Shown in pieces: positions 25,743 through 35,483 of a DNA stretch of 64,000 nt (position 1 is its first letter; each line of letters begins with the position of its first letter). The stretch covers positions 7,915-71,914 of the IMG/VR virus record IMGVR_UViG_3300020219_000016. The stretch is one strand, 5' to 3'. A program made the position numbers and the translations under genes. The notes under the pieces were generated by a model. That model saw nothing but the letters and a program-made list of their open reading frames with translations, did no database searches and had not been told where the DNA came from. Source of the DNA: a virus.

Positions 25743-26837
25743 GTGAAAATTCAATGTGGTGTGCGTGAGTTGATTGAGGCTTTGGCAATCGCGGCATCCG
25801 CGACGGCAGCAAAGAGCGCTAAGCAGATTATGATGAACGTGTTCGCGACGGCGAATGGATCGTCGCTTACGCTATACGGAACGGATGCCGAAGTGTCGGC
25901 GTCAGTGACGCTGTCAGTGTCGTGTGACGGTGGTGGAGACTTTCTGATACCGACACGACGTCTGTCGTCGATTCTGGCTGAACTGATGGTAGAGACTGTT
26001 GAACTGACCGTCACGGAAAAAGGTATTCGGATACAATCTACTGGTGTAGACTTTCGATTGTCGAATGAGAGCGCGGCAGAATATCCATCGATGAGTTCAG
26101 GGCAGTCTGACAAATGGTTCAAGATTTCGTCTGTGGCTCTGAAGAAGTTGATTCAGAGAACGATCTTCGCGCGTGATTCGAATTCGACGCGGTACGCTCT
26201 TGGCGGCGTTCTGTTTGAGGTCGATAAGGGGGAACTTACCTGTGCGGCGACAGATAGTCGCAGACTGGCAGTTTGCAATTTTACTGTCGGTGGTGAAGTT
26301 GATCTTACGATGCGTGGCGTCATTCCAGTTAAGATCCTGAAGATGGTTGATCGGATTGCGCCGTGTGAACTCGAGGTGTCGATCACCGACAATAGCATCG
26401 TGTTTCGGTCGGAAACCATGACGTTCACAAGCCGTGTTGTCGAAGGCAGGTTTCCTCGATGGCGTGATGTTGTGCCAAAGAAGTTCGGAATTGAGCTCAA
26501 TGTGATGTCGCACATGGCGGCAACGGCAGTACGGCAGGCGATGGTTGTGACGACCGAGGAAAGCCGAGGCGTCGTTGTCAGCCTTGCGGAGGGTCTTGTA
26601 ACTATCAAGTCACAGTCGTCTGACGTTGGTTCGTCGGACATCGAACTGATGGTTTCGGCACCGATAGACGCTGAGTGTTCGTTGACGATCGATCCGAAAT
26701 ATGTTTCGGACTTTCTGAAATGTGTGCCTGCTGAAGATCTGGTGTACTGGAGGATGAACGACGCGGATTCGGCTATGATGCTGACGGACGGCGAGAACTT
26801 TCGGTACGTGATTATGCCTTTAGCACAGGACCGGTAA
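25743..26837 (+). CDS. dnaN: DNA polymerase III beta sliding clamp
   Basis: GTD.E, TRYALGGVLF, ATDSRRLA, VEGRFPRWRDVVP, YVIMPL. Confidence 0.92.
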   Translation: MKIQCGVRELIEALAIAASATAAKSAKQIMMNVFATANGSSLTLYGTDAEVSASVTLSVSCDGGGDFLIPTRRLSSILAELMVETVELTVTEKGIRIQSTGVDFRLSNESAAEYPSMSSGQSDKWFKISSVALKKLIQRTIFARDSNSTRYALGGVLFEVDKGELTCAATDSRRLAVCNFTVGGEVDLTMRGVIPVKILKMVDRIAPCELEVSITDNSIVFRSETMTFTSRVVEGRFPRWRDVVPKKFGIELNVMSHMAATAVRQAMVVTTEESRGVVVSLAEGLVTIKSQSSDVGSSDIELMVSAPIDAECSLTIDPKYVSDFLKCVPAEDLVYWRMNDADSAMMLTDGENFRYVIMPLAQDR

Positions 26838-26841
26838 AGTT

Positions 26842-27642
26842 ATGGTTCAACCAATCAAGTGGCATGGCGGAAAGTCGTATCTATCAGCCTGGATAATAGG
26901 GAATTTTCCTGATCGCAACAGTTATACGCACTACAACGAAGCGTTCGCCGGTGGATTGTCAGTGCTGTTCGCACATGATCCAGATGGCAAGTCGGAGGCC
27001 GTAAACGACCTAAATTCAGGGTTGTCCGATTTCTGGTTCATTCTTTCCACGACACCGGAAGCAATGATTCGCGAATTATGGGCGACGCCTTTATCTCAGG
27101 AAGTCTGGGAGTCTGCGACTGAAATGCGAGCCGATGACGATCGCATGAAACGAGCGACCGCATTCTTTGTTCGTTACCGGCAGTCACGACAGGGACTTGG
27201 AAAGGATTTCGCGACTCCAACGACACGAGTACGGCGAGGAATGAATGAAAACGTGTCTGCCTGGCTTACAGCAGTCGAAAGTCTGCCTGAAGCCCATGAA
27301 CGGCTACGTCGCGTGGAAGTTCGGAACATGGACGGCATTAAGTTCATAGAGAAGTACGATCACGAAAGCGCATTATTCTATCTCGATCCTCCTTATGTGC
27401 ATGAAACACGTGTGACAACGAAAGATTATGAATGCGAGATGTCAGTCGCAGATCATCTCCGGCTGCTGGAAGTTCTCGTGAAACTGAAAGGCAAGTTTCT
27501 GCTGAGTGGATATGACAGCGAGATGTACAGGCGGGTTGCTGATCAGAATGGGTTCCGGAAAGTCGAGAAAGAGATCGACAACAAGGCGAGCAGCAAGGAT
27601 GTAAAAGAGAAGAAGACAGAGTGTCTGTGGATGAATTATTAG
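26842..27642 (+). CDS. dam: Dam-like (D12 class) N6-adenine DNA methyltransferase
   Basis: KWHGGK, EAFAGG, VNDLN, FYLDPPY, LSGY, TECLWMNY. Confidence 0.9.
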   Translation: MVQPIKWHGGKSYLSAWIIGNFPDRNSYTHYNEAFAGGLSVLFAHDPDGKSEAVNDLNSGLSDFWFILSTTPEAMIRELWATPLSQEVWESATEMRADDDRMKRATAFFVRYRQSRQGLGKDFATPTTRVRRGMNENVSAWLTAVESLPEAHERLRRVEVRNMDGIKFIEKYDHESALFYLDPPYVHETRVTTKDYECEMSVADHLRLLEVLVKLKGKFLLSGYDSEMYRRVADQNGFRKVEKEIDNKASSKDVKEKKTECLWMNY

Positions 27643-27694
27643 GCGATAACTCGCAAGAGTCTTAAACAGTGTGATTTGTTTATTTGAGTAAATC

Positions 27695-28030
27695 ATGTCG
27701 AGTATAGATAATTATCACGACGATTGGCACGCGGAATACTTCGCAGCACATAAATGCTGGGACGTGACGCGCGGGCCAGCAGACGATGCCTCGGAGCGGT
27801 TTTCTGTCATCGAAGAATTAACTGAATCGGATGCGAAACTGATTGCGGCGTCACACAAGTTGCTCGAGGCGTGCTGTGCTGTGTTGGCAGCACTGGAGAA
27901 AGAGGCAGAAGAAACAGGACATATACTCTGGCTAGATCCGCCATACGTGTTGCCTGGTGTTCATGTGTCTGCGATTGAGATGTTACAGTTGGTGATCGAT
28001 GAGGCAATGAACAAAGCAAAGGATGAGTAA
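27695..28030 (+). CDS. hypothetical phage protein
   Basis: DAKLIAAS.KLLEAC motif. Confidence 0.65.
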   Translation: MSSIDNYHDDWHAEYFAAHKCWDVTRGPADDASERFSVIEELTESDAKLIAASHKLLEACCAVLAALEKEAEETGHILWLDPPYVLPGVHVSAIEMLQLVIDEAMNKAKDE

Positions 28031-28033
28031 ACA

Positions 28034-28477
28034 ATGCCAGCAATGCAACTTCAGTGCATCGGTGCCGTGGTGCGAGAGTACCAGAGCGAAGATGCGGAAT
28101 CCATATCTTTGATCGACGATGCTTCACGTACGGGCGCGATGTCGGTCGTCAAACTACTAGACTATGCAAACGACATGCTCGTACTGGAACGATCGGGCAA
28201 GATCCGTGGCTACTGCCTTTATTCAGAGCGGCGTAATTCGTTTCGCATTCTGCATATGAGCGTGGATCAGCAGCGGAGCGGGTTCGGCTGTCGTTTGATC
28301 AATGCGTTGCTCACTCGTGCGATCACCAAGGGCAAGAGCCGCATTGATGCTTATGTGGACGAGAAGAACGTGCAAGGGCAGTTGTGGTTCGCTAAGCGTG
28401 GCTTTGAATGCGTCGAGATCGTGACTGTGGGTAAGTTGGTGCAGTACGTGTTTCGATCGTTGCGGAGCCAACTGTGA
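28034..28477 (+). CDS. GNAT acetyltransferase (RimI-like)
   Basis: GYCLY..ILHMSV..QRSGFG..L...VDEKN..GQLWF.K.GF. Confidence 0.8.
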   Translation: MPAMQLQCIGAVVREYQSEDAESISLIDDASRTGAMSVVKLLDYANDMLVLERSGKIRGYCLYSERRNSFRILHMSVDQQRSGFGCRLINALLTRAITKGKSRIDAYVDEKNVQGQLWFAKRGFECVEIVTVGKLVQYVFRSLRSQL

Positions 28478-28926
28478 GTGATTCAATGTGGGGTAAAATG
28501 CCTGTCGTAAAAATTGGCGGAAAGGTAGTACACGCCAGTAGCATGGTATTTGATCCAGGCATCCGTTTATCCGAGAACAACGGATCGATTTATAGGCTTC
28601 AAAAACCAACTCCGTCAATCACGATAGCCGTCTCAATAGGTGACTACGAATTGTATTCAGAAAACCATGTGAGACTTGTCTTCGCGACAAAGAAGCGGTG
28701 GAAGTTCCCTGACGACAGATTCGTTTCCTACGATCAGTCTGATGAGTCATGGTGCAGGTATTTGGGCATCGGCCACGAAGTGGAATACAATCCGGTGATC
28801 GAAATGCAAAACGCATTCGTTGAAGACGCGGATTACGATCGAGTTCGTTTCGTGGGCAGTATCGAACATAAAAATTGTGACGTGGACAGTTCCTGTGTCG
28901 AGTCTTTGATTGGCGGGCAGTCGTGA
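28474..28926 (+). CDS. hypothetical protein
   Basis: GTGA-coupled on both sides. Confidence 0.65.
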   Translation: MSDSMWGKMPVVKIGGKVVHASSMVFDPGIRLSENNGSIYRLQKPTPSITIAVSIGDYELYSENHVRLVFATKKRWKFPDDRFVSYDQSDESWCRYLGIGHEVEYNPVIEMQNAFVEDADYDRVRFVGSIEHKNCDVDSSCVESLIGGQS

Positions 28927-30620
28927 GCGAATCCGGAATTCACTACAGAGACTATCAGCAGCGAGCGGTTGATGCTGTGTGGTCCCACTGGGATGCTGGT
29001 GTGCGGAGCACGTTGTGTGTGGCTGCGACAGGCACAGGTAAGAGCATTTGTTGCGCTGGTATCGTAAACAGGATGCTTGAAAGTTCACGGTTCATGTACA
29101 TCGTGCATCGTGACGCGCTGGCCAAGCAAGCTGTGAAACAGTTTCGTAAGTTCACTGATCGGACAATTGCCGTTGAGATGAAGCAAGAGGGCATCGGACG
29201 TAATCACGACGGCAGCGCTCAGATCATTGTCGCAAGCGTGCATTCATTGCGGTTTCGCCGAAAGAAGTACGCGAAAGATGCGTTTGACTTCGTGGGTACG
29301 GATGAAAGCGACAGGTTCGCCGGCAATACCTGGGCTGAGATCGTCGGATACTTTGAGGCTCAGCATCGGATCGGGTTTACGGCAACGCCACATCGGCATG
29401 ACGGCGTTAAACTGATCGGTGAAGGCTGCGAGTTCGATTCGATGGCATTCTGCTATCCGATTGAGGAAGGCGTTGACAACGGCTGGATCGTGCCGTTCAG
29501 GTGGCAGGTTGAGCATTGCCGCGACATTGATCTGGAATCGATCGAGCTCACAGGAACAGGCGACTTGTCACCTGGTGGCGTAGAGCGGGAAATGTCCAAA
29601 GATCCCGTGGTACAGTTCATGGTCCGCAAAATGATTCATGTCGCGCAAGGCAAGCAGGGCATGCTATTCTGTGCGTCGGTCGATCAGGCTCACGCTTGCA
29701 GCCGAGAGTTCCATAAGCAGGGTGCGACGGCAGTAGCGATCACGGGAGACACGCCAGAGTTCGTACGTGATTACCTGGACCGTGAATTCAAGTCTGACAG
29801 GGCACAGTTCATCTGCGTGTGTGAAATGCACGTGGAAGGCTACGACCATCCAGCGATTCAGGTTGTGGGCATGGGGCGTTTGACGTGCTCATGGCGTAAG
29901 TATGTGCAAATGGGCGGTCGTGGATCGCGCACGATGGGAGAACCTGTTGGAGCGACGGCAGGGGAACGTCGGGCGTGGATAGCAGCATCGGAAAAGCCGC
30001 ACTGTACGATACTCGACTTCGTTGGCAACAGTACGCGCCACAGCATGATGTTCGGCATTCACCTGATGGGCGGGCAGTTTACGCCGGAAGAATTGGCCGA
30101 AGCTGTTCGGCTGGTGACGGATCAGGGCAAGGCGTTCAATCTGGAACAGGTGGAATACGACGCAAAGAAGAATGTGGCGGCACGACCGAAGTCAATGACA
30201 GTGAGTGAGTTCAGTTTCAACGACACGGCTGAAGAGCGCAGGTTTACTCGCAACCATCGGGCAGATCCTTTTGAGATCCTGCAATTGGATAAGTCGGCAC
30301 CGCAGAGAGTGATAGCTGAGGAAGACACTTACGGTGCTGGCTGGAGATCGGCACGCGAGTTTTTGGTAGAAAGTAAGATCCCGGAGAGCGACATCGGTAA
30401 CTTGTGTCAGTATTCTATCGTATATCTCAGGGATGAATTGAAGCGACGTTCGCGGGAGGGGTTGTGTACGTTTCCGCAGGCGATGAGGCTTTACAATCTG
30501 GGGTATGATTGTGGCGACATGACGTATCGTCAGGCGAGAGACAAGATTATCGCAGCACGGGCGATAAATTGGCTGCGACCTGTGAACGACGGGCCAAATA
30601 AGAGGTTTGTGAACCGATGA
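28923..30620 (+). CDS. SF2 (DEAD/DEAH-like) helicase
   Basis: RDYQ, ATGTGKS, DESD, GFTATP.R.D, EGYD.P, QM.GRG.R. Confidence 0.9.
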   Translation: MSESGIHYRDYQQRAVDAVWSHWDAGVRSTLCVAATGTGKSICCAGIVNRMLESSRFMYIVHRDALAKQAVKQFRKFTDRTIAVEMKQEGIGRNHDGSAQIIVASVHSLRFRRKKYAKDAFDFVGTDESDRFAGNTWAEIVGYFEAQHRIGFTATPHRHDGVKLIGEGCEFDSMAFCYPIEEGVDNGWIVPFRWQVEHCRDIDLESIELTGTGDLSPGGVEREMSKDPVVQFMVRKMIHVAQGKQGMLFCASVDQAHACSREFHKQGATAVAITGDTPEFVRDYLDREFKSDRAQFICVCEMHVEGYDHPAIQVVGMGRLTCSWRKYVQMGGRGSRTMGEPVGATAGERRAWIAASEKPHCTILDFVGNSTRHSMMFGIHLMGGQFTPEELAEAVRLVTDQGKAFNLEQVEYDAKKNVAARPKSMTVSEFSFNDTAEERRFTRNHRADPFEILQLDKSAPQRVIAEEDTYGAGWRSAREFLVESKIPESDIGNLCQYSIVYLRDELKRRSREGLCTFPQAMRLYNLGYDCGDMTYRQARDKIIAARAINWLRPVNDGPNKRFVNR

Positions 30621-31909
30621 ACTTCTACAACGACAATGATCCCTTTGCGGCTGAGTGGCTGCAGTTGCTGATCGATGGTGAAGCGATTCCGAAAGGTAAA
30701 GTTGATGGTCGGTCAATCATCGAAATTACAGCAGCAGACGTTCTGGGATACCGACAGTGCCATTGGTTCGCAGGCGTTGCAGGCTGGCCAGAAGCCTTGC
30801 GAATTGCAGGGTACGGCAGTGCAGACGGGATATGGACAGCCTCAATGCCTTGTCAACCGCTTTCGAGTGCCGGTAAACATCACGGTGAGAAAGATGAACG
30901 ACACCTCTGGCCAGAATTCTACCGTCTCGTTAGCGAGTGTCGCCCTGCAATCATTATTGGAGAACAATCTGCGAGCGCGGATGGACGTGAATGGCTTGAT
31001 GGAATATCGCTTGATCTGGAAGAGGTGGGATATGGGGTCGGGGCGTCAGATTTGTGCGTTGCGGGGATCGGCTCGCCGCATATCAGGCAGCGAATCTATT
31101 GGGGCGCTGTTCGGATGGCCGACACCGAATACGATGCCGGATGCGCCGAACATGTCACAGAATCGCGGGGACGGTGTGCGAAATCGGGAGACACCTCAGA
31201 GTGTGAAGGGGCTTGTCGGATGGCCGACACCGATCGTGAACGACAGTCGCGGCGGGAGAAACAGTACGGCTGTGAGAAGCAATCCGAACAGCAAGCATCA
31301 CGACGGGATGACACTGGTGGATGCAGTGAGTCTGACAGGCTGGCCGACACCGCGAGCAGTAACGGGCGGCGCGGAAAGTGCGGAAAGAAAACAGGAACTT
31401 GGCAGGACGGTGAGCGGCGGGTCGGATCTGCAGGCAGTTGCGCAGTTGACAGGCTGGGGAACTCCGAGAGTGACAACGAACGGGGGTCAAGGATCAGTAA
31501 ATCGTGCGACGGACGGCAAAGCCCGACTGGAGGATCAGATTCAAGGGTTGACGGGATGGGTTACGCCATCAGCCAGGGACTACAAGGACACTCCGGGCAT
31601 GTCACAGACAGGGATAAATCCGGATGGGTCGGAGAGAACGCGACTGGATCAGTTGCCGCGTCAAGTGCATGGTCTGATTTCAGGATCGTCGGATGCCTTG
31701 ACGGCAAGTACAGGCGTCTTAGCGCCACAGATGAGCCGTTGGTTGCAGGGATTCCCCGAAGCATGGGATCGTTTGAGCCCCGGATACAAGGAATGGCAAA
31801 GCGTGCAAGACGCAATCGTATCGGCAGGTTGAAGGGCTACGGAAATGCCATTTGCCCACAACTTGCCGCAGTTTTCATTCAGTCATTTATGGACGCAGTC
31901 AGCCATTGA
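30617..31909 (+). CDS. C5-cytosine DNA methyltransferase, alpha polypeptide
   Basis: FAGVAG, catalytic PCQ, DERHLWP, GEQ, HIRQRIY, motif X LKGYGNAI. Confidence 0.85.
   Translation: MNFYNDNDPFAAEWLQLLIDGEAIPKGKVDGRSIIEITAADVLGYRQCHWFAGVAGWPEALRIAGYGSADGIWTASMPCQPLSSAGKHHGEKDERHLWPEFYRLVSECRPAIIIGEQSASADGREWLDGISLDLEEVGYGVGASDLCVAGIGSPHIRQRIYWGAVRMADTEYDAGCAEHVTESRGRCAKSGDTSECEGACRMADTDRERQSRREKQYGCEKQSEQQASRRDDTGGCSESDRLADTASSNGRRGKCGKKTGTWQDGERRVGSAGSCAVDRLGNSESDNERGSRISKSCDGRQSPTGGSDSRVDGMGYAISQGLQGHSGHVTDRDKSGWVGENATGSVAASSAWSDFRIVGCLDGKYRRLSATDEPLVAGIPRSMGSFEPRIQGMAKRARRNRIGRLKGYGNAICPQLAAVFIQSFMDAVSH
30675..31832 (+). CDS. overlapping out-of-frame ORF, probable C5-MTase beta polypeptide with GWxTP repeats
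   Basis: 385 aa open frame inside alpha; five GW(P/G/V)TP units; motif IX-like L.P..SRWLQGFP..W. Confidence 0.7.
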   Translation: MVKRFRKVKLMVGQSSKLQQQTFWDTDSAIGSQALQAGQKPCELQGTAVQTGYGQPQCLVNRFRVPVNITVRKMNDTSGQNSTVSLASVALQSLLENNLRARMDVNGLMEYRLIWKRWDMGSGRQICALRGSARRISGSESIGALFGWPTPNTMPDAPNMSQNRGDGVRNRETPQSVKGLVGWPTPIVNDSRGGRNSTAVRSNPNSKHHDGMTLVDAVSLTGWPTPRAVTGGAESAERKQELGRTVSGGSDLQAVAQLTGWGTPRVTTNGGQGSVNRATDGKARLEDQIQGLTGWVTPSARDYKDTPGMSQTGINPDGSERTRLDQLPRQVHGLISGSSDALTASTGVLAPQMSRWLQGFPEAWDRLSPGYKEWQSVQDAIVSAG

Positions 31910-31917
31910 GCGATAAT

Positions 31918-31936
31918 CGTATATGCCATACAGTGG
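31918..31936 (+). repeat. 19-bp direct repeat containing promoter motif (copy at 32781..32799)
   Basis: CGTATATGCCATACAGTGG on both sides of the SPPY methyltransferase. Confidence 0.8.
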
Positions 31937-31943
31937 GGAAGTA

Positions 31944-32768
31944 ATGCCAACGTCAGTTGAAGAAAGTTCCAGTCTGCCGTTGGATCAAATCGTCTGCGGT
32001 GACAACGTCGCTGTACTCAGTACGTTTCCGGATGCGTGCATTGATCTCGTGGTGACATCGCCGCCGTACGATAATTTGCGCACTTATTCATCTGGTAAGC
32101 CGATGAGTGAGTTATGGGACTTCGAAGGCGTGGCTCAGCAACTGTGGCGAGTTATCAAACCGGGTGGCGTTGTTGTTTGGGTGGTGGCTGATGCGACGGT
32201 TGACGGCAGCGAGACGGGAACATCGTTTCGGCAGGCGTTGCGGTTTATGGATATCGGGTTCAATCTTCATGACACAATGATCTATTTGAAAAACAGCTAT
32301 CCTTTTCCGCCATCGAATCGTTATTACCAACAATCGGAGTATATGTTCGTGCTAACAAAAGGAAATCCTGCGACGTTTAACGGATTGGTACAGCCTACTC
32401 AGTGGCGCAAAGATACAAATGAAGTCAGTACGACAAGGCAGGCAGACGGATCGACGAAAGAAATGCAGTATGAGAAAGGGAAAGAAACACGATTGCGTGA
32501 TAACGTGTGGAAAGTTGATACTGGCTTTATGCGGACGACGGGCGATAGAATCGCGTACAACCACCCTGCCATCTTTCCAGAAACCATCGCCCGCGATCAT
32601 ATCCTTTCATGGTCAAACGAAGGCGACGTCGTTCTCGATCTGTTCAACGGATCTGGTACCACGTCGAAAATGGCACGAGAAATGGGCAGGCGATACATCG
32701 GAATTGAAGTCAACCCAGACTACTGCAAGATCGCAGAAAACAGGCTGGCGCAGCAAATCTTGTTTTAG
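31944..32768 (+). CDS. N4-cytosine/N6-adenine DNA methyltransferase (beta class)
   Basis: DLVVTSPPY, HPAIFP, VLDLFNGSGTT, YIGIE; ends QQILF. Confidence 0.92.
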   Translation: MPTSVEESSSLPLDQIVCGDNVAVLSTFPDACIDLVVTSPPYDNLRTYSSGKPMSELWDFEGVAQQLWRVIKPGGVVVWVVADATVDGSETGTSFRQALRFMDIGFNLHDTMIYLKNSYPFPPSNRYYQQSEYMFVLTKGNPATFNGLVQPTQWRKDTNEVSTTRQADGSTKEMQYEKGKETRLRDNVWKVDTGFMRTTGDRIAYNHPAIFPETIARDHILSWSNEGDVVLDLFNGSGTTSKMAREMGRRYIGIEVNPDYCKIAENRLAQQILF

Positions 32769-32859
32769 TTGTTCAATTAGCGTATATGCCATACAGTGGA
32801 GGTGTTCAATCGACGTAATCAATCAGACGGATGGATTTCCGCAAGAGTTAGGGCCCGGC

Positions 32860-33123
32860 ATGATGCTGCGCAAAGTTTCGATGGATGTGGTGGGCAGGGA
32901 TGAACCGCGAAAACTACAGGATGTAATCGCACTGGCAAATTTTCCAGTGGCAGAGTGGGGCGTTAAACTAAAGAGCAAAGCGTCTCTCAAGGTATTACGT
33001 CGCATGGCTGTCGTGTTGTTCGGTTCATCGGCACAAACTGATGAACTGCGTTTAGCGCGTACAAATGCGCCAGTGTCGTTTGTGCTCGAAAGTGTTCGTG
33101 TTCCGCGAACGCATATGTCGTAA
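32860..33123 (+). CDS. hypothetical protein
   Basis: 3' part of ORF 32419..33123 downstream of promoter motif. Confidence 0.4.
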   Translation: MMLRKVSMDVVGRDEPRKLQDVIALANFPVAEWGVKLKSKASLKVLRRMAVVLFGSSAQTDELRLARTNAPVSFVLESVRVPRTHMS

Positions 33124-33143
33124 TTCAAAAGGGGTGCTGAAGC

Positions 33144-34202
33144 GTGTCAGAAAGTAAGTCAGAAAAAATCGCCGGGTATGACGTTCATCCGCAGGCTGCG
33201 AAGTTCCCGTTGCTCGAAGGCGCGGAGTTCGATGAACTGGTAGTGTCCGTGAAGGCAAACGGGCTAAAGAAGCGGATCAAGCTCACGAGTCTTGGGGTTC
33301 TTGTCGATGGTCGAAACCGTCTGCGAGCGTGCATCAAGGCAGGCATTGACCCGCAGTTTGAGCAATTGCCGGAGGGCACGGATGTGCTGCAGGTAATCGT
33401 TCAGGAAAACATTCTGCGTCGGCATCTGACCGTTAGTCAGCGAGCGATGTTTGCGGCTGAGTTGGTGACGGCTGGAACCGGGCGTCCATCAGGTGGTACG
33501 GATCGGGTATCGTCGGCAGAAGCTGGCAAAAAACTCAGCGTGTCAAAATCTACGGTGGATCATGCCAAGAGCGTCATAGCCAAGGGCGCTCCAGAAGTTG
33601 TGGCGGCAGTAAAGTCTGGTGAGATCGACGTGAAGCCAGCGGCTAAGATCGTGGATCTGCCGAAAGAGGACCAGCCAGCGGCTGTTGAGCAGCACAAGGC
33701 GGATAAGGGCAAGCCGCGTCAGAAGTCTACAGATGCGTCTTTCAAGCGTGATAAGTGGCGTGCTAAGGCAGAGACAGCGCTGAGTAAACTGGTCGCAGAA
33801 GCTCCAGCAGACCTGCATGACTGGGCGCGTGGTGCGTTGCGTGACTGCACGGGCGGTTCATTGCGTCGTGAGGCGAAACTGAACGTGCCGGAAGGTGACG
33901 AGGTTGCTCTGTACGATGAGTCTGACGTGATCAGCCGCATTGAGTGCATGTTGAAGGAAATACCTGCTGGCGAGCGAAAGACGATCGGCCAGGCGATTGG
34001 GTGTTATTTCATCGGCAAGAAGCCAGAGCACTATCTGCCGGCGTTTGTGGCCGAAGACGGTGAGGCTGAGAAGATCGGCGGCGTGATCGCTGAGTTGCGT
34101 CATCGGCTGAAGCAATTGGAAGAGATTCCGGAGGCAGCGAAGGTGCTGAAACGTGCAGCGCTGGAGTTGAAGAAACTCACGAAGGCTGAAGACGCCGAAT
34201 AA
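33144..34202 (+). CDS. ParB/Spo0J-like N-terminal domain + HTH protein
   Basis: HP.A..FP, LVDGRNRLRAC, ENILRRHLT.SQRA, AGKKLSVSKSTV. Confidence 0.85.
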   Translation: MSESKSEKIAGYDVHPQAAKFPLLEGAEFDELVVSVKANGLKKRIKLTSLGVLVDGRNRLRACIKAGIDPQFEQLPEGTDVLQVIVQENILRRHLTVSQRAMFAAELVTAGTGRPSGGTDRVSSAEAGKKLSVSKSTVDHAKSVIAKGAPEVVAAVKSGEIDVKPAAKIVDLPKEDQPAAVEQHKADKGKPRQKSTDASFKRDKWRAKAETALSKLVAEAPADLHDWARGALRDCTGGSLRREAKLNVPEGDEVALYDESDVISRIECMLKEIPAGERKTIGQAIGCYFIGKKPEHYLPAFVAEDGEAEKIGGVIAELRHRLKQLEEIPEAAKVLKRAALELKKLTKAEDAE

Positions 34203-34422
34203 CGATCTGAAGGAGAGTTTCCGTGAATGATGTTGACAACGTACTTTCATGGTTCGCGTGTGGCGTTAAGTGGCTTGGGATCTGTTCGATTCTGCTTTGG
34301 CCGCTCGGTGCATGGAAGCTCGTCGAAGTTGTGATTTGGATCTGTGGGCTGTTGTGTTGATTGAATCGACACGTTGATGGGACGTGTCGATTTTTTGTCT
34401 GAATGTAGACATGGGGTGCTTT

Positions 34423-34797
34423 ATGGCTGTGGAAGATTTGGAAGAGTGGCGCATTATTGACTCGCATCCAGAAAGGAGTTCTCTGGATATCCATTATGGC
34501 CATCAGCACGTAGCCTTTCTCTTAATGATCGAAGGCAGGGAAGAGCAGCAGCGGCGCAATGCTACGCTGATTATCGCGGCAAAGGATCTGCTGCGAGCGT
34601 GTGAGTCTGCCATGCGAATCGTTGACCTGTGGGGGCCGATAGATGGTCTCGAGAACTCCTTAGAAATGTCGGCACTATCCGCAATGAAGCACGGATTCGA
34701 AGCCGCGATTTCAAAAGCCAGGACGGTCAACATTGTGCGGACAGCGCCAGCAACTGAACCTGAACCAGGCGAAATGAACCTCGAATCGCTCATATAG
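34423..34797 (+). CDS. hypothetical phage protein
   Basis: NATLIIAAKDLLRAC motif. Confidence 0.65.
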   Translation: MAVEDLEEWRIIDSHPERSSLDIHYGHQHVAFLLMIEGREEQQRRNATLIIAAKDLLRACESAMRIVDLWGPIDGLENSLEMSALSAMKHGFEAAISKARTVNIVRTAPATEPEPGEMNLESLI

Positions 34798-34807
34798 GAT
34801 ATTTAAC

Positions 34808-35464
34808 ATGCTGTCAGTGGATGAAGCGAATGAGTTGGCACAGGTTGTCCTGAAGCACGGCATCGAAGATCTGATTCGTGCCGTTGGCTTCGGTAAGATC
34901 GAATTGCCGGAAGCCGCAAGGATAGCGCAGTTGCCAAACGGAAAGCAGCATGCGCTGGCAGTAACAGGATTTATTGCGCCGGTGGAGCGTGATCTGGTGG
35001 CTGAGATTGAGGCTCTGTGGCATGGTGCGAGTAAAGCAGAGCAGTCGGAGGCGCTGGGTTCAATAGCTGACATACTGGGGTTGGATGTGCCTAAGCGGCA
35101 ACAGGGTGCGTTGTTCGCAGATGATCGTCCAGTGGCTGCACGAACGAAGACATCAGATGCTGAGTTCGAAGTGTTCTGGAAGGCGTTTCCACGCAAGACA
35201 GACAAGGTTAAGTCACGCGCAGCCTTTGAGAAGTCAGTTGCTGGGCTGTGCAAGGATATGGCGATTGAGGAAGCCATCCGCAAGATCATGGATGGCGTGG
35301 CAGCGTATGCCAAGAGCATCAAGGATGACGTGGTGTGTCATGCGACGACGTGGTTAAATCGCGCACGCTGGGAAGATGAGATTGGTGCGACAGGTTCTGT
35401 GACGGACAAAAAGCGGTTCGGTGAGTTTCGAAAGAAGACACCTCAAGAGTTGGCTGTATTTTAG
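34808..35464 (+). CDS. phage replication initiator-like protein
   Basis: FEVFWKAFPRK..K...HATTWLN..RWEDE C-terminal domain, upstream of loader/helicase. Confidence 0.7.
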   Translation: MLSVDEANELAQVVLKHGIEDLIRAVGFGKIELPEAARIAQLPNGKQHALAVTGFIAPVERDLVAEIEALWHGASKAEQSEALGSIADILGLDVPKRQQGALFADDRPVAARTKTSDAEFEVFWKAFPRKTDKVKSRAAFEKSVAGLCKDMAIEEAIRKIMDGVAAYAKSIKDDVVCHATTWLNRARWEDEIGATGSVTDKKRFGEFRKKTPQELAVF

Positions 35465-35483
35465 TTTAACAAAAGGGCTAAAG

